64,000 nt of DNA from Eledone cirrhosa (lineage: Eukaryota), in contig OZ024742.1 of assembly GCA_964016885.1 (NCBI GenBank), positions 65,038,001-65,102,000 on the forward strand, given 5' to 3'. Numbering within the stretch: position 1 is the stretch's first letter; each line of letters begins with the position of its first letter. Below the pieces are notes generated by a model, which worked only from the letters and a program-made list of their open reading frames with translations, was not told the origin of the DNA and ran no database searches. Below, in pieces: positions 1 to 64,000 of the stretch. Position numbers and translations under genes: made by a program.

Positions 1-776
1 AGTGGTTGTGTAGGCAACACGGCAAAAAGCAACCAGCACACACTGTAAATGTGGTTGCCATTAGGAAGGGCATCCAGCCATAGAAACCAAGCCAAATCAG
101 TTCTGTCTGAGTGAAATCGTGGTCCCCCGACCTGATTCCTCACAAAGGGATAGCCCATCCTACCTGCGCTAGCGTGGAAGATGAATGTTAAATGATGATG
201 CTGATAATGATACAGGATTAGCCAAGATCTCTTTGTCCGTGTGGATTGGTATATCCCAGAGTATAGTCTTTTTCTCATTCCCTGATGTCTTTTCTGTGGA
301 TATTTCATGTATGTATGGACCCATAACTCCTGAAGGCGTATGCATCCCTCTTCATGTCTGAAGAGACCTGATTGATTTTTAGAGAAAGAGGGTGAAAGAG
401 GGGGAATTGAAAAAGAGATATATAGGAAGAACTGCCTTTTCCCCTCCCCCAGCATTGTACTGGTATTTTATTTGTTGACTTCAAACTGATGAAAGGCAAA
501 ATTGACCTCAGTGGAATTTGAACTCAGAATGCATAGAGCTGGACTGAATACCACAAAGTATTCTATTCAACATTCTAATGATTCTGCTAATTCACTGCAC
601 TGGGTACTTCATAAAGCTGACATACTTTCCAATATATGAGAGCCCCAATTCTGTCATGCTTATAGATGTGTTGTTTCTTGGTTAAGACTAGACTACCAGA
701 GACAATCTCATTGATTGTTTGAACCTAACCTTATTCCCCGCAGATATCCTTTCTATGTTTATCTTTGTATTATCAG

Positions 777-925
777 TGAAGGCATATGGCTTAGTGGTTA
801 GGCTGTTGGGCTCATAATCTGAAGGTCATGAGTTCAATTCCCGGACCGGGCAGTGTGTTGTGTACTTACACAAGACACTTTATTTCACAATGCTCCTGTC
901 CACTTGGCTGGAAAAAATGAGTTGT
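777..925 (+). mobile_element. tRNA-derived SINE head and core, degenerate
   Basis: A-box TGGCTTAGTGG, B-box GAGTTCAATTCC, then caagacactttatttcac core shared with copies at 36936, 50744-51070, 53525 and 62980-63232. Confidence 0.75.
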
Positions 926-1974
926 GGTGTCACTGGTACCCAGCTGTATCAGCCTTTGCTTTACCTTGGACAACATTGGTGGCAGGGAGAGCAGAGACAG
1001 GTATGCATGGGTGGCTGTTGGTCTTCCACAAAAACATCTTGTCCAGGTTTAGTTTCCTCCTTCTTTATACTTCTCTGGTTCATGTGTCAACTATTGTGCA
1101 TAATTTCCTCCACCTTTATATATATATATATGTCTCTTGACATGTCAATACAGTATGTGTGTCCACGTCACCAATCCTAGAAACAATTTGCCAAGTTCAA
1201 CAAATTTCCCAGTCTACATCTGTTTTCTTGCAGCCAGCTATTCTAAACAACAGTCATATAAGTCTCATGTCTAGGATGATGGAAGGGATCTAACTGCACC
1301 TTTGACTAAGTCAGAGATTTTCAAATTTTGCCCCCCTCCATAGCCACGTAACACCTTCAGCGCAACCCCCAACCTTATTTTCAGAGAGATCTGCATACAA
1401 GCAAATTGTAAAAAATATATAATAGATAAAATCGTTAATTTATATATAAATAATATAATATATACTATGTATAAATATTATATATTTTTTATTTTACTAT
1501 ATTTATATATATGTGTCATTTGATATTTAATATACTATTATATCATTTCTACCTCTCCCTTAGGCCCCAGCACCCCCTGGACCTTCTCCCCCTCCCCCCG
1601 TAGGGGGTGGTAGAGCCCACTTTGAGAACCTCTGGACTAAGTAATGAAACAGTGTTATTTAGTTTTTCTTCTCTCTCTCTCCTCTCAATATGCATAGCCA
1701 TGTCCCACATTATCAGTACACTATTTTTCTTCAGCTATTTTCTCAGTCAAGCATGGGTGTGGGTGTATGTGTGCAAGCATGTATGTGTGTTCACAATATT
1801 TTGGGGTTAGTCTGATGTAACTGCATCACATTACACCTTCAGACACCTTATGATATGTTAGGTTTACAGTAACTTAGATGTCTAAGTCTTGTTCTTCAGA
1901 TTGTTTGGGTGATGAAAACCTATTGTTTTCCTGTGAAAGTCGGTTTAAATTAACAGTACCTTTCACCAAACATG

Positions 1975-2445
1975 TAGCAATAGCATCTTTCACCAAATGT
2001 GTGGCAAAGGTACTTTCTACTAAACATAGCAAAAGTACTGTTCATGAAAACACAGAGCAACAGTCCTTCACCAAAACGTGTGGCAATATCTTTCACCAAA
2101 AACATGTGGTAATATTATCTTTCACTAAAACATGTGGCAACAGTACTTTTCATCAAAACATGTGGTGATGGTACCATTCACCAACATATGCAGTAATGGT
2201 ACTTTCCACTAAGCTATGTGGCAAAAGTATCTTTCACCACATGCGACAATAGTACCTTTCACCAAACATGTGACGATAGTACCTTTCACAAAACATGTGA
2301 CAATAGTACCTTCTACCAAAACATATAGCAACAGTACCTTCTACCAAAACATGTAGCAACAGTACTTTCCACAAAAACATGTAACAATAGTAGCTTTTAC
2401 CAAAACACGCAACAATAAATCTCATTCACCAAAACATGTGGCAAT
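1975..2445. repeat. Degenerate minisatellite of about 29-30 bp (consensus near tttcaccaaaacatgtggcaatagtacc), roughly 15 units
   Basis: Recurring accaaaacatgt...aatagtac units. Confidence 0.8.
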
Positions 2446-2603
2446 AAACCCTATCCACTCAACCATTCAAAGACTCCATGAGACATCAATGTCCTGTATT
2501 TGTTCTTTATTTTGCTACACAATATATTATTTTTAAAATTAATTCCATCAATTCTTTAATTAAATTTTTTTTTTAATTATATTTTACTGATCTGTTGTTT
2601 CAG

Positions 2604-63996
<61,393 letters not shown>

Positions 63997-64000
63997 GTAA

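Noticed and set aside
777-855. tRNA gene
   Set aside because: A and B boxes are present but I could not form a convincing cloverleaf, and the sequence runs into a repeated SINE core. The same applies to the other heads.
1-2603. Upstream GLDC exons or promoter
   Set aside because: I found no spliceable segment resembling the preceding GLDC peptide; the region is SINE fragments and low-complexity DNA.

Overview
Eukaryotic, AT-rich, repeat-dense animal DNA. The repeat families suggest a coleoid cephalopod such as Octopus, but that is an inference. The window is spanned on the + strand by the middle of one intron-rich gene, glycine decarboxylase (GLDC, glycine cleavage system P protein). I traced 22 GT-AG exons from 2604 to 63996, totalling 2594 nt, phase-compatible and without stops, and including the PLP-lysine motif [18 protein letters not shown]. 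The first and last exons lie outside the window. The introns hold two RTE-clade LINE relics, three CR1-like LINE copies, a non-autonomous Helitron, tRNA-derived SINEs, pogo-like and piggyBac-like MITEs, and four large minisatellites, one about 12.9 kb. I see no prokaryote-type system and nothing I can claim as a new system. The strongest leads are: a tail-to-tail inverted CR1 pair able to form about 2.4 kb of intronic dsRNA; a PHD finger inside an RTE reverse-transcriptase ORF; a 5'-inverted (twin-primed) RTE and a short element sharing its 3' end; and a Helitron with 23-aa repeats inserted in a CR1 tail. All coordinates and identities were read by eye.
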